64,000 nt of DNA. It comes from Octopus vulgaris. Its lineage: Eukaryota. The notes beneath the pieces were generated by a model. That model was not told the origin of the DNA. It was given only the letters and a program-made list of their open reading frames with translations, and did not search any database. This document shows, in pieces, positions 14,218-28,271 of this stretch; the stretch's first letter is position 1, and each line of letters starts with the position of its first letter. A program made the translations under genes and the position numbers. The DNA is taken from contig OX597818.1 in NCBI GenBank assembly GCA_951406725.2, positions 123,256,001 through 123,320,000 on the forward strand, read 5' to 3'.

Positions 14218-14275
<58 letters not shown>

Positions 14276-14416
14276 GAGTAGGCTGGTCTATAGGTTTACC
14301 CTTGGTTTCTCACTCATAAGTTACCCCATAAACCGCGGGCTACCCAACTATAATATTAGCTGCTCTACATCTTAGAGTGTGTTTCTCCTCCGGAGTGATG
14401 TATTTCTACAAACGAT

Positions 14417-14460
<44 letters not shown>

Positions 14461-14574
14461 GGTTAAGTAATTGAGATTCTAGTGAATTCTAAAGAATTCA
14501 CATGAATATGGTCCTTAACTAGGATGCACCGGAAATCTATATGGTGTTAACCATACGACAAGTGGGGTGATTAC

Positions 14575-14658
14575 AAATAGGAAAAAAAGCAACAAGAATG
14601 GATTAAAATCTCGGTACGATTGTACCGAGATTTTAATCCATTCTTGTTGCTTTTTTTC

Positions 14659-14664
<6 letters not shown>
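14575..14664. repeat. Perfect 43-bp hairpin with 4-nt loop, at the end of a TA-inserted fragment
   Basis: 14575-14617 is the exact reverse complement of 14622-14664. Confidence 0.9.
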
Positions 14665-14737
<73 letters not shown>

Positions 14738-15461
14738 TCAAACACTATATGGATTATTTCTTTTCTAATCCAACGCAGATTAATTCGTTTTGCTGAAAAG
14801 ATACTAACTTCCATCATAAAATCATACTAGTGTTGTTATTAACTAGATGTTAAATGATAAGAATAAAAAACTTGTGGAGTAATTTATTTCAACAACGTCG
14901 ATTTTTCATTCTACACGTCGAAATTGCTTTTCACTAGAATTTGTCAAAGTATACAATGTTATAGATGACAACAAAGAAAGAATATAAATTGAAAGAAAAC
15001 TTTGATTATAAAAATTATGTTTGACTTAGCAGAATATATTCTTCCAAGACGTTATATGCCTGATCGGAATCGTTCGACAGCGTGGTGATATATGTCCCTA
15101 TCAGTTTGTACTTCTTGCTTGATATATTGAAAAATAAACTCACTTAACCTCCAGATAATACACTACTACACATTACAAAATTATATATATATATATATAT
15201 AATGTCTGTATGAGTTAGAGGTTAAGAAACCATCTAAGGATATATCTTCTGAGAGTGACTTTATTTACTTACTACAGGATGGAATAGCATGGATTATAAT
15301 TACACTTTAAAACGAAGTTCTTACTTTACCTTACCATGTCTATTGCGTTGCATTACATTACATGATTTCTTATTTTTACCTTTTTTACTATACCTTATCT
15401 TATTTACCCTACTCTATGATTCTAACAGTATTTCCCACATGTTAATTTCCTAACAGTTGTA

Positions 15462-15592
15462 CTCTCTGAAGAAGCTTTGAGGCTCAACCATTATCCAATC
15501 TCTGTCCGATGCTTATTCATTCTAGTATATCACTGACGTGATGAGGATGACTTGGAAGATTCCGAGGCCTCATGTAGAAACGGCCGTAAGGG
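15462..15592 (+). ncRNA. Hammerhead motif with long stem II
   Basis: CUCU-CUGAAGA-...UGAGGC...GCCUCA...-GAAA-CGGCC-GUA-AGGG, with palindromic ACGGCCGU in stem III. (TA)n starts at about 15636. Confidence 0.65.
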
Positions 15593-15633
15593 ATTTGTAT
15601 CTGTACACTCATCTATTATTATTCATTCATTCA

Positions 15634-15696
<63 letters not shown>

Positions 15697-15750
15697 TAAT
15701 ATACTTACGTATAGGGCCAAAAAGTGGGTACGTAGCCGCCATGTATATAT

Positions 15751-16266
15751 GTAAAAGTAAAAAAATATACAAACTGGGACAAGAACGTCAAACATTTAGA
15801 AGACGACACAAAAACACGGACGGGACATTCGAAGCCCTCAATCATCAGTCAAGAACCGGATCATCTTCGCAATTTCGGCTGATTAATCTTGAGATTGCTC
15901 CGATCTGGGCAGCCCCCAAGGGAAATCAAAGCCAAGTGCATTAGATTCCTTGGAAGAAAGCCTCGAATGTATACAACACAGGGACGGAAAACGGACGATG
16001 TTACGCAAATAAAAATACAAAAATACGTAAAAACAATAATGATAGCACGAATAAGAATACAAAATACGTAAAAACAATAATAACAAAACCAGGACGTCAG
16101 GACAAGCGTCTTTTCGACAGGACCAATTAAGTTTAGGGCTGGCTATGGAAGAGTGCCTTAAGGCCACGGAAAACAAACAAATACATGTTGCCACAATGAC
16201 TGCTGGATGCGAAAAAGGCAGTCTAAATGTTTCACGTTCTTGTCCCAGTTTGTATATCTTTTTTAC

Positions 16267-16272
<6 letters not shown>
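15751..16272. mobile_element. Non-coding element with about 50-bp terminal inverted repeats
   Basis: GTAAAAGTAAAAAA...CATTTAGA (15751-15800) is mirrored at 16222-16272. Microsatellite flanks. Confidence 0.65.
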
Positions 16273-16358
<86 letters not shown>

Positions 16359-16704
16359 GTTTACGTATTTCTTGACTGATCTCATTCGTTTACTTGTACC
16401 ACTCAAACACATGTTTGTAATCATTTAATAAATAGATATTGGAATATTTACTGGCTAATGCTTGTCGATTTTATATCCTCTCCATTTTCATATTTGCCTC
16501 GTACATATATATATATATATGAAATAAGTCACAAACATATTTTAACGAATCTAAAGTTCGCCTACGCGTAAACACCACTTGGGGCTGATTCTGTTGAATT
16601 TCTTCCGTCCTAGCAGTCTAATAGCGCGACTCTGTCAATGTTGTTGACTGTTTTAGTAAAAGCCACGACTGTAAAATCTGAGCAGAGTTACACCTCTTCC
16701 ATAT

Positions 16705-16747
16705 TTCCGACTGATAACGGGTAAACAGTTAGAAATGCGTCTGGGAA
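16705..16747 (+). ncRNA. Degenerate hammerhead motif (CUGAUAA)
   Basis: UUCCGA-CUGAUAA-...-GAAA-UGC-GUC-UGGGAA. Stem I pairs at 5 of 6 positions and stem II is weak. The element (about 16521-16916) lies between TA tracts. Confidence 0.5.
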
Positions 16748-16913
16748 TCTGATAGGGGGGCAGCACTGTGCAGATATGGTGATTTTGCACGTGTTTATCA
16801 TAAGAGAGAAGGTAATTCTCCACGGTAACTGCAGGGAATTTGCCTTCAGAAGTTGAAATATGTCACAAACGTATCATAACAATTTTAAAGTCCGCTAATG
16901 CCTAAACACTGCA

Positions 16914-16991
<78 letters not shown>

Positions 16992-17027
16992 ATGTAATAT
17001 ATATATACACACACAGAGGGAGAGAGA

Positions 17028-17058
<31 letters not shown>

Positions 17059-17255
17059 CGATTTTGCCTTTCATCCTTTCGGGGTTGATAAATTAAGTAC
17101 CAGTTACGCACTGGAGTCGATGTAATCGACTTAATTCCTTTGTCTGTCCTTGCTTCTCCCTTCTATGTTTAGCCCCTTGTGGGCAATAAAGAAATATATA
17201 TATATATATACAAAGAGAGAGGGGGAGAGAGAGACAGAGACAGAGGGAGACAGAG

Positions 17256-17333
<78 letters not shown>

Positions 17334-17368
17334 GATGGATGGATCGATGGATAGATAGATAGATAGAC

Positions 17369-17452
<84 letters not shown>
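17256..17452. repeat. (GATA)n microsatellite
   Basis: Direct reading. Similar tracts lie at about 21630-21712, 46097-46180 and 62953-63115. Confidence 0.9.
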
Positions 17453-17496
17453 GGGACATTATCTCACGCACTGTATAACAGAACCAATTATTTGAC

Positions 17497-18311
17497 ATTT
17501 ATGGGGGCAGTATTATTTACCAACTTCTGATCACCCCATTTGACTTATCTAGGGGTAGGTCACTAGAGGTAGGTCACTGGGGTTAGTGACATTTATGGAT
17601 TCACCAAACACGTCAGCAAATTATGTGAAAACTATAAGACCAGGAATCAAACTTCCATTACGGCGAACACCAATTATATATATGCTACCTATACACTCAC
17701 ATACAGTTAAACACTCGCGCATAAGCACACATCTCATGTAGATCACACAGGCACTGCACGCATACAGCATACGCAAGACAATTAAATAACACACACATAC
17801 ACACGTAGACACTCACATAGATGTACACAGACACAGATAATAAGCACATACGACACACACTGACAGAACTCAAACATACAACATATACACATACACACAA
17901 ATTCGCACAACACGCAAGCACTCACGTCACAAAATACACCCAAAGATAGGCACACACACACCCAGGCACACAGACACAACACACACACACACATACAAAC
18001 AAACACACTCACTCACATAACTGCGTTTATATGTGGTTGAGTGTACTTACGTGTGTTTGTGTCAGATTTTATTGCCGTCTGGTTTCCTAAGACGAAAAAC
18101 AGTTTCCAACTATGACCATCACGATTTTTTCCAGAAACATTCTCTGCATAACAACATTGACCCCTGTACACTTTCTTATGTTTAGAGACGGGTGGATGCG
18201 ATACAGGGTAGATTTGGCCCTTAATTCAAGCAAGTCGACACATACACACGTACACAACATATGCACAGAAGACACGCATGTAGTCTACACACAGGACATT
18301 ATTTACACAAT

Positions 18312-18355
<44 letters not shown>

Positions 18356-18728
18356 ACACACTCACCCGTGCAAACAAACACACACTCAAATACAAGTCAG
18401 CTACTAAACTTCTAGATTGTCGTTCGACTTGCTTGAATTAACGACCAAATCTACTCTGTATCGCATCCACCCGTCTCTAAACATTAGAAAGTGTACACGG
18501 GATGATATTGTTATGCAGAGAATGTTTCTGTAAAAAATCGTGATGGTCATAGTTGGAAACTGTTTTTGGTCTTAGGAAACCAGACGGCAATAAAATCTGA
18601 CACAAACACACGTAAGTACACTCAAACACATATAAACGCAATTATGTGAGTGAATGTGTATGTTTGTATGTGTGTGTGTGTGTGTGTGTGTCTGTGTGCC
18701 TGGGTGTGTGTACTAACTGCCCGTAAAT
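17497..18728. mobile_element. Putative non-autonomous DNA element with about 285-bp internal inverted repeats
   Basis: Arms at 17954-18238 and 18424-18710. Possible short TIR ATTTA(T/C)GG..GCAGT at 17497 and 18716-18728. Confidence 0.55.
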
Positions 18729-18794
18729 TAAGGCACAGCTTTTCTTATTCCCAACAGGTGCCGGAGATACACTATCTCTTCCTGTAGGTAACAA

Positions 18795-20060
18795 AGCTGT
18801 AACAAAGCTTTAGGAATGCAAATATTAACGTAGATACGGTGACAGGTAGGTTTGGTGAGGTTTTGAAGATGCTGAAGCAGAAGTGAATGTATGTGTGATG
18901 CGTCCAAGCTGTAATGTGGAAAGGATCTGCAACCAAACATCTCAAATGCAAAAGATAGCAACACAAATTCTACTGGGAAAGTAATAATGAGAGCAAGCAC
19001 AAATTAGGCATGTGTCGGCTGAGAAATTGACAGAAAAAATATAAAACTATTTGAGGTCGTCAGGGTGTGCGATTAGATAATTCAGATATGACTAGTTATA
19101 GGCAACTGAAGAACGATAGTAATTTCTGCATATGACACACAGGTACGATTAATAGAAGAACAAAAAGATCGCTTCTATGAGTCTGCAGACTGCTTCGACG
19201 ATTATATACAATGACTTCAAAGGTCATTTGGCCTACACGGCAATAGCTTCGACGAGATATATGAAGGCTATTGATGGTGCAAGCAATTACGAGGGTGTAA
19301 TGTTGCTGGAGTTCTGAGATGCAACTGATCTAATACACACTTTAGGAAAATAGCCAACCGCCTTAACATCTTTCAGTCTGGCGAACACAAGCTAGATTGA
19401 TTACATTCTCACCAGGAAAAGGAACAGAAGAGCGATTCTAACAACCAAAACCTTTCCTATCGAAGAATGCCCTAAGTCAACATAGATCAGTGGCTACTGT
19501 CTTTAGAAATCAGAGTTACGCAACCATAGAAAGGAAAAAATTACATGGAGGAAGAAGATAAAAAAACTAAAGGATCCCACAATTGTTAGTAGATTTAGAT
19601 ACGTTTTAATTGAGGCTTGTGACTGCAAGGAAGAAGATTCACATACTTGTAACATAGATGAAAACAGGGAATTTCTAAGATCTTAGGTCTACAGATCAGG
19701 CATGCGGCTAGAGGAAAGTCTCGGCCAAGCCAAAGATAATACGGTGGGGAGATTATACGATTAATAGGGCGACAAAGGCTACGAGACAGGCTTGGAAAAT
19801 CTGAAATAAAGGTTGTATTAGTGAGCATAACCGTATGACTAGAAGGATATCCAAGCTACAGGTATAGTTGGCTAAGGATGAAGCAGAGACAAAGAGATAT
19901 GGGCATGTCTTGAAATGCGAGGATCGGAGGCATAAGGGTTTTAGGATCGCGAGACACTGTGAGAGAGAAATGAAGATCATTGGTGAATGAATATTAGAAA
20001 GAAATGAAGCTAGATGAAGCTAACGCGCCTTGTTGGATATGTAATGTAAGTATGAAGGAC
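18795..20060 (+). mobile_element. Decayed RTE-like LINE (AP endonuclease region)
   Basis: A broken frame reads ...NANINVDTVTGRFGEVLKMLKQK..VQAVMWKG, and the later CTAGATTGATTACATTCTC gives a IDYIL-type APE motif. Many stops. Confidence 0.65.
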
Positions 20061-20393
20061 ATAGTAAAAATGTGCTGACAGAAAAACTAGGCAAAAACCG
20101 AATGAGATGTGCTAAAAGGAAAGAAGACAGTGCTGGTATGGTTGTGTGATAAGTATTGATGACGACAGCTGTGCAGCTATATAAAGATCCATACACTTAA
20201 TTTTGATGGAAGCAACAGAAGAGACAGACACAGAAAGAGATCAGATAAAGTGGAGAAAGAAGACCTCGGTATCCAGCGCCTCACGCAAGAGATGACGAAG
20301 AACCGAAATAACTAGTGATACGTGATTCTTGAAGAGATGGGCATCCCTTGGTGAAAATAAGCTCTGCAATCCTGGTACACACAGACATATATA

Positions 20394-20701
20394 GGCGCAG
20401 GAGTGGCTGTGTGGTAAGTAGCTCGCTTACCAACCACATGTTTCCGAGTTCAGTCCCACTGCGTGGCATCTTGGGCAAGTGTCTTCTACTATCGCGTCGG
20501 GTCGACTAAAGCCTTGTGAGTGGATTTGGTAGATGGAAACTGAAAGAAGCCTGTCGTATATATATATATATAATTTTGCGGTTCGGCAAAAGAGACCGAT
20601 AGAGTAAGTACTATGCTTACAAAGAATCAGTCTTGGATCGATTTGTTCGGTTGGAAGCGGGGTTCCAGCATGGCCGCAGTCAAATAACTGAAACAAATAA
20701 A

Positions 20702-20702
<1 letters not shown>
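20394..20702 (+). mobile_element. SINE family A
   Basis: Homology to 13271-13650. Confidence 0.8.
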
Positions 20703-20789
<87 letters not shown>

Positions 20790-20865
20790 ATACATACATA
20801 CATACATACATACATACATACATACATACATACATACACACATACACACATATATATACATATAT

Positions 20866-21028
20866 ATTGAGTTGGCAACTAAGTTCTCGCCGTTTATTTT
20901 AAATCCTACTTTTTAAAAATGTTTAATAACAAATAACAACTAATTAATCAATAATGTATTCACCCTTGTTGTTTACAACTTCTTCCCAGCGTTCAACAAG
21001 ATTTTCAATTCATCGTTGGTAGAAATCG
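20866..21028 (-). mobile_element. Mariner-type transposon 3' end with TIR
   Basis: Minus frame ...ENLVERWEEVVNNKGEYIID*. TIR TATTGAGTTGGCAACTAAG next to TA. Confidence 0.7.
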
Positions 21029-21506
21029 ACCGTGATACCCGGCTTTGTGCAGCTCCTGGGTTCTCGAAGTGATCATTAAGCTCTGCAGTAATTCTGGGAG
21101 CTTTACGTCTGTGATCCGACGGTCCCTATCTGAAAGTTTTGGTTTTCTTCCGGAGTTTTGTTTCGACGAGGAGGTTTTTTCCTCTTTCTCAAAGGCTGTC
21201 ATTATTTTTGAAACAGTACTTCTTGACACACCAAACATTTTGGCAGCTTTCTTTACGTTAGCGCCTGCATTACGAGCACCAAAACTTTCACCTCTTTGAA
21301 AGTCCCTTAGATCTGTCATTTTAATGAATTTTAATTAACTTTTTTCTGATGATATCTGAAAAGAAACAGCAATTTTAGCAAAACATATTAAGCAACACTA
21401 ATAATAAATCAAAAATCATAAAAAAATAAACAAGCTTGTGACGGTTTTATAGATATTTCAAAATTATGATGCTATGATGCTAAGTGTTTCCATTACTTTG
21501 TCCAAC

Positions 21507-21513
<7 letters not shown>
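21029..21513 (-). mobile_element. Tc1-type transposon 5' part (transposase N-terminal HTH) with TIR
   Basis: ORF 21005-21319 reads MTDLRDFQRG...AKMFGVSRSTVSKI...NSGRKPKLSDRDRR. TIR TACAATGGTTGGACAAAGTAATGGAAACAC. Confidence 0.8.
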
Positions 21514-21548
<35 letters not shown>

Positions 21549-21627
21549 TCGGGGTGAGTACTTGATAATTATAAGCACCTGTGTATACCGTTTGGTGGTG
21601 TATGTGGTGGAGTAAATTGATATATAT

Positions 21628-21713
<86 letters not shown>

Positions 21714-22092
21714 GCACAAATGGGGCTTTGCTCAGTTTCCTCCTCTGATCTACCCATCACTGTACCTCTCGCTTGATATCACATTAATGTTCTTACTATC
21801 TAGAACTATTCCTCTATTCTTTATTCTTCATTCATTAGTATCGTCCTCTCTACTTACATTTTACATTGATCACATCCCCCACAGAGTCACAAAATTATCT
21901 CTTGTATCTATTTCACACTTTTCTCATGCATTACACCTGCCACACTCGCTCCCACTTCTACAGCCTAGAACACCATCATATCATCTCTCATCCTTCTCTT
22001 GTTTGTTCGTATATGTAGGGTATGTGTATGATGCATAATTATATATGTATACACACACACAGATAAACAGCTAAAAAGATAGATAGATATGT

Positions 22093-22470
22093 TTCTTTAT
22101 TAGCCACACAGGGCTGCACACAGACAGGACAAAATTACAAGGTAGAACTTTTCTTTTGGGGGTAAAAGAAGGGGGGTTGGTTTTCGATCAAAAGGGATCG
22201 TAAATGGAAAGAAAGAGGACAAAAAGTGGGGGGGATAAAATAAAATTTTAAAAAAAGGGGGGGTGAGGAAAAAAAAGAGAAAGGAAAAAAATTGATCAAT
22301 AGGGATCGTTATCACAGAAATGTCAATATGAAGTGTAAAGGGCAGGACAGGTGAGGTTTACCCGTGGAAAGAAAAGTCTACGGAAAAGACCACGGTAACC
22401 TCGGTCAATGAAGTCACATGTTATATTTTTTTTTTTTTGCAAATAAGCAACTCTCTGTATTAATTTTTAC
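22093..22470 (-). mobile_element. LINE-like 3' UTR fragment
   Basis: Minus strand ends GTCCTGTCTGTGTGCAGCCCTGTGTGGCTAATAAAGAAA, similar to the tails at 44432 and 35715 and to SINE family B. Confidence 0.5.
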
Positions 22471-22983
22471 ATAGATAGATAGATATCGTAATAACAGTCG
22501 TGAGCAGCCTAACTAAAAGCAAAAAATATGTAAGTATTAAGCGTAAAATGCGTCCTTAAGGCTAAGTACGAACAGTTGGGAAACTGTTCGCAACTACTTG
22601 CTATTCTTTCCAAAGCATACGGGAATACTGCTTATATTCAGTTAAAAGTAAAGAGAAGATACGGAGAATGGCTAAGAAGTTTACGTATTTGTGTCTACAC
22701 GTGTGATAATGCATTTTATGTATGTAGATATAGGTATGTACGTAAGTAAGAATGTATATACGTATGTATGTTGGTAGCTAGGTTAGTAGATAGTTAGGTA
22801 GGTGTAAAAACATATTTCATCATTCGATGCTGTTAACACTATGTTATTCATCCTCCAGCTTATTATTACAAGTTCTTGACTATGTTTTTAAATCTTATTT
22901 CTATATCCAAACTTCTGTACTGACCGTATATTTATATACGTATACATTAAAGTACACACACACACAGACACACACACACACAG

Positions 22984-23031
<48 letters not shown>

Positions 23032-23362
23032 CTACATGCATATAAATTATGCTCAAACACCATCACATATAGACATACATTAGTATGTGTGCATGTGTGT
23101 GTGTATACACCACATGTACAAATATACATACATACGTTTATTTAGATGCATATGTATCTATATAAATAGATAGATAGTTAGATAGGTATACAGTAAATCT
23201 CTGTCATAGGATAAACTATAACTTATAAAAGTACTCAATATATCATATATATACAGATACACGCACATATATATACATAAAGAGAGCGAGAGAGAGTGAG
23301 AGAAAGAGATACATACATAACTATTTATAACACACACACACACACACTCACACACACACACA

Positions 23363-23449
<87 letters not shown>

Positions 23450-24319
23450 TTATTCAAAATAAGTATACGACCGAGTATGTGTGTGTGTGTGTGTATGCTT
23501 ACGCGTTCGTGTCTGCGTGTTATATCTTCATGGGTGTATATACGCGATACACAGACACCTTTGAATGGTGTTTCCATATTAATGTTATGTTGGTTTAAAT
23601 GGAAAATTTATGGCTGCTTGAGTTCTAGTATATGTGTGACTTTGTGTATACATATGTATACATGTGTTGTTATATGCTATAATATATATACATACACACA
23701 TACGTACATACATACATACATACATACATACACACACAAACACATATACATACATACATATGTTCATATATATATATATATATATAGATATATATATATA
23801 TACAGAAACATACAGACAGACAGTCAGACGTATATACACAGGGAAAGAGACAGATGGAGGAAAAAAAAGACTTTTGGTAATAAACAATCACTTCAAATAA
23901 TAAACTAAAAACACGAAACAACAACAATAAAAAAGCGTCTGCACAAAGCAATAAATATATAAATCCGACACACCACTTCCCCCAGTCCCAATGTTTTGGT
24001 CTTGACAGAGATGATATATTCAAATTGTTATGCACATTGTGTCTTGTGCAAAATATCAAACTGTATCCGAATATGAGTTCTGAAGTTTTGAGGAGAGTGG
24101 AAATACATCTCTGTTTCTCAGTCGCCATTACTCCGAGGATTACCCTGGGTGATACTTCGGATCAAGGTTGCCAGTTATGAGTCGAAAAAGCAGGTTGTTC
24201 CTCTGGCTCGGTCATACTTTAATATATGATTATATATATATATATATATATATAAACATATATTTATATATACACATATATATATATATATATATAAGTA
24301 TATATGTATGTATATATAT

Positions 24320-24727
24320 GCAGGAGTGGCTATGTGGTAAGTAGCTTGCTAACCAATCACATGGTTCCGGGTTCAGTCCCACTGCGTGGCATCTTGGGCA
24401 AGTGTCTTCTGCTATAGCCCCGGGCCGACCAATGCCTTGTGAGTGGATTTGGTAGACGGAAACTGAAAGAAGCCTGTCGTATATATGTATATATATGTGT
24501 GTGTGTGTGTGTTTGTGTGTCTGTGTTTGTCCCCCTAGCATTGCTTGACAACCGATGCTGGTGTGTTTACGTCCCCGTCACTTAGCGGTTCGGCAAAAGA
24601 GACTGATAGAATAAGTACTGGACTTACAAAGAATGAGTCCCGGAGTCGATTTGCTCGACTAAAGGCGGTGCTCCAGCATGGCCGCAGTCAAATGACTGAA
24701 ACAAGTAAAAGAGTAAAGAGTAAAGAG

Positions 24728-24729
<2 letters not shown>
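24320..24729 (+). mobile_element. SINE family A
   Basis: Homology to 13271-13650. A diverged copy follows at about 24905-25260. Confidence 0.85.
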
Positions 24730-24777
<48 letters not shown>

Positions 24778-26170
24778 AATATATATATATGTATATATAT
24801 ATATATAAAGTCGTGTAGGCGCTGCCATGACCACCTGGTTACGAAGCTCGCGTTGCATCTACGTAGTTTCAGGTCAATCCATGTCCTCGGCACCTTTGAT
24901 ATATTTCTTCCCCTATAGCTCTTGGTCGACCAATGACTTGAGAGTGAATTTGGGAGACGGAAATTGTGTGGAAGCCTGTCTTATACATACATACACAGTT
25001 ACACACACACACACACACTCAAATGTATGTGTGTCTTTCTAGTTTACGTTTGTTCCCTTACCAATGCTTGAAAATTGTTGTTGGCTTATTTACATTGCCT
25101 GTAACATAGCGGCTTGACAATATAACCGATAGAGTAAGTAATAGATTCTTGGAAAAAAATAAGTACTGGAGTAGATTTATACAACTAAACATCAAGAGAC
25201 GGTGTCCCAGCTTGTCCCCGTTCCAATGGCTGAAACAAGAAAATGATAAAATGATAAAAGATGCCTCAGAAGTATACGGTGTCCATTGTCACAACCTGTT
25301 GTATTATTCTACGACATTGAACTTAACGTTCTAGTTATGTAGTTCTCAAAAATATACATATCAGTTATTGTTTTGTAATTGTTATTAGTTTTTTAAAACA
25401 AATTCTGACCAGATTAAATCACGATAATGCAAGAACGGAATAATTATGAAGAAAACCAGTTGAGTTAATGAATTTTCAATAACTTTATATATGCAGATTA
25501 ATAAATACAGAGTGTCTCGTTGGTGGAATATCGCACATCTTTCACTCTTTATTCTTATCAAACTCTCATTGTCCGGTTATTCGCTCAATAACCTATCATT
25601 ATACAATTAGGTATGGGAGGTGCACTTATCTCATAATAACTGTCACATATTTCATAACGGGAGACAGAAAGTTTTAGATTCCCATCATGATCTATGGTTA
25701 TGTTATTGTGTGAACTTAATTATTATAATGAATTTATCATATTTGGTGGATGAGCAGGCATCCCTAGTATACCAAGGAAATATGCTTCTGATACGTGTAT
25801 ACGAAGTCACAGGCCTCAAATATACTTACATTCATACATATGCCGAAAAGCTCACAAATATACATATATTTCTATGCATACTCAGGCACATGGTAACATA
25901 GACACACACACACACACACGTGCGCACGCATACACGCATACACGCATACACACATATACACAGATACATACACCCACACTATACGCAATTAAATACATGC
26001 GCAAATATGTATACACACACATATGTTTGCATACGTCCGCATATAGTGATACATACATACATATATTCACATGTTTTCACATCACCACGCACGAATAAGC
26101 AGGTAAACGGATACACAGATGCATACATATGTACACATATATCTACATATTTATCCTTGTATATACACCT

Positions 26171-26207
<37 letters not shown>

Positions 26208-26277
26208 AACACACGCACATATATATATATACATACATACATACATGCATACATACATACATACATACATATATATA

Positions 26278-26345
<68 letters not shown>

Positions 26346-26795
26346 ATTGTCTTCCATTCAATATTCAACTACAATCTTCATGCCCCTGAATATATTGGAA
26401 ACGGAATCTATGTCAACGGAAATAGTTGAGAAGATTGCTATGGATGTGATAAGTTATTAGAAATCTTTGTAGTTGTAGAAGCTGCGAGGATAAGAAAGGT
26501 GTGATTGAGTTTCAGCACAGAAATGAATTTGAAAACCGAAAGACAAAAATAAATGAATAAGTAAAACTATTATTGATATATGACGATTTAGGAAACAATT
26601 GAAAGATTTAACCTTTGTTCCACTTAAAATATGCCATGTATTGCACAGTTAGCTCTGGACAAAGGAGTTGTGCATAAAGCCTTGGTGTTTCTGCAGTTTA
26701 TATATTGTAAGGTGGCAACCGATCCTTCGACTGAACGAAGAAAAGTATTTCCGTTGTTTTTTTTTTCAATTTACTAATACTATATTTTGGTAGTG

Positions 26796-27179
26796 GAGGC
26801 GCAATGGCCCAGTGGTTAGGGCAGCGGACTCGCGGTCATAGGATCGCGGTTTCGATTCCCAGACCGGACGTTGTGAGTGTTTATTGAGCGAAAACACCTA
26901 AAAGCTCCACGACGCTCCGGCAGGGGATGGTGGTGATCCCTGCTGTACTCTTTCACCACAACTTTCTCTCACTCTTACTTCCTGTTTCCGGTGTACCCAT
27001 ATTTCAAGGGGCCGGCCTTGTCACTCTCTGTGTCACGCTGAATATCCTCGAGAACTACGTTAAGGGTTCATGTGTCTGTGGAGTGCTCAGCCACTTACAC
27101 GTTAATTTCACGAGCAGGCTGTTCCGTTGATTCGGATCAACCAGAACCCTCGTCGTCGTAACCGACGGAGTGCTTCCCC
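26796..27179 (+). mobile_element. tRNA-like SINE family C (tail type 2) with 13-bp TSD
   Basis: Same head as 11327. ACTATATTTTGGT occurs at 26779-26791 and 27180-27192. Confidence 0.85.
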
Positions 27180-27326
27180 ACTATATTTTGGTCACGAATC
27201 CTGATAGCAATGTCATCGTTGTTCTTTGATAGGACTGATTTTAATTTGAACCCAGAATGCACGGAAACAGAACAGATTGCGCAAAATATTGTGTACGATG
27301 CTCTAACAACTATACTAACTCGCCAA

Positions 27327-27920
27327 GGCGGCTTGCCGAAACGTTAGCACGCCGGGCGAACTGCGTAGCCGTATTTCGTCTGCCATTACAGTCTGAGTTC
27401 AAATTCTGCCGAGGTCGACTTTGCCTTTCATCCTTTCGGGGTCGATAAAATTAAGTACCAGTTGCGTACTGGGGTCGATCTAATCGACTTAATCCATTTG
27501 TCTGTCCTTGTTTGTCCTCTCTGTGTTTAGCCCCTTGTGGGTAGTAAAGAAATAGGTATTTCGTCTGCTGCACGTTCTTAGTACAAATTCCGCCGAGGTC
27601 GACTTTGCCTTTCATCCTTTCGGGGTCGATTAAATAAGTACCAGTTACGCACTGGGGTCGATATAATCGACTTAATCTGTTTGCCTGTCCTTGTTTGTCC
27701 CCTCTGTTTGTAGCCCTTTGTGGGCAGTAAAGAAATAAGAAACGTTAGCACGCCGGGCGAAATGCTTAGCGGTTTTTCGTCTGTCATTACGTTCTGAGTT
27801 CAAATTGCACCGAGGTCGACTTTGCCTTTCATCCTTTCGGGGTCGATAAATTAAGTACCCATTGCGTACTGGGGTCGATCTAATCGACTTAATCCCTTCC
27901 TTGTGCCTAGAGTAGAAAAG
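27327..27920 (+). mobile_element. SINE family B trimer
   Basis: Three cores in tandem, with junctions at about 27553 and 27737. Confidence 0.85.
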
Positions 27921-28271
27921 AATTCCACTAACCCGCTGTCTTAGCCTGAATGCTTTTATCGACCACAAAACCCTGAAAGACAAATGTGACCTCCGTGATC
28001 TCAACTAGCAGAGATTCAATACAATTACCAGGAGACATTCTATTCAATAATCTAATAACCCCGCCAATTACTTACTTTTTTCTTTTTCTTTTCTTTTTTT
28101 GCTCAATGTAGTTCTGTAACTGTCAGACTTCAATTAGAGTAGCTATGCTATCATGCAGGTTACAAGCTCGAGATGGATCGTATGAGAGGAATAACTAATG
28201 AAGTTATTGTTGTTAATGCTATTGCAGATTAGCATCCGATAAGCTCTGAATGTATTCTGCTTGATTTTCTA

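Noticed and set aside
15826-16125. CUGAUGA (minus, about 15842) and GAAA..GUC (about 16102-16114) as a hammerhead
   Set aside because: The order is wrong, GAAU follows the core, and stem I does not pair.
20281-20325. UCACG...GAAA-UAACUAGUGA-UA-CGUGA hammerhead-like frame
   Set aside because: The core reads CAAGAGA, too far from CUGANGA to support.
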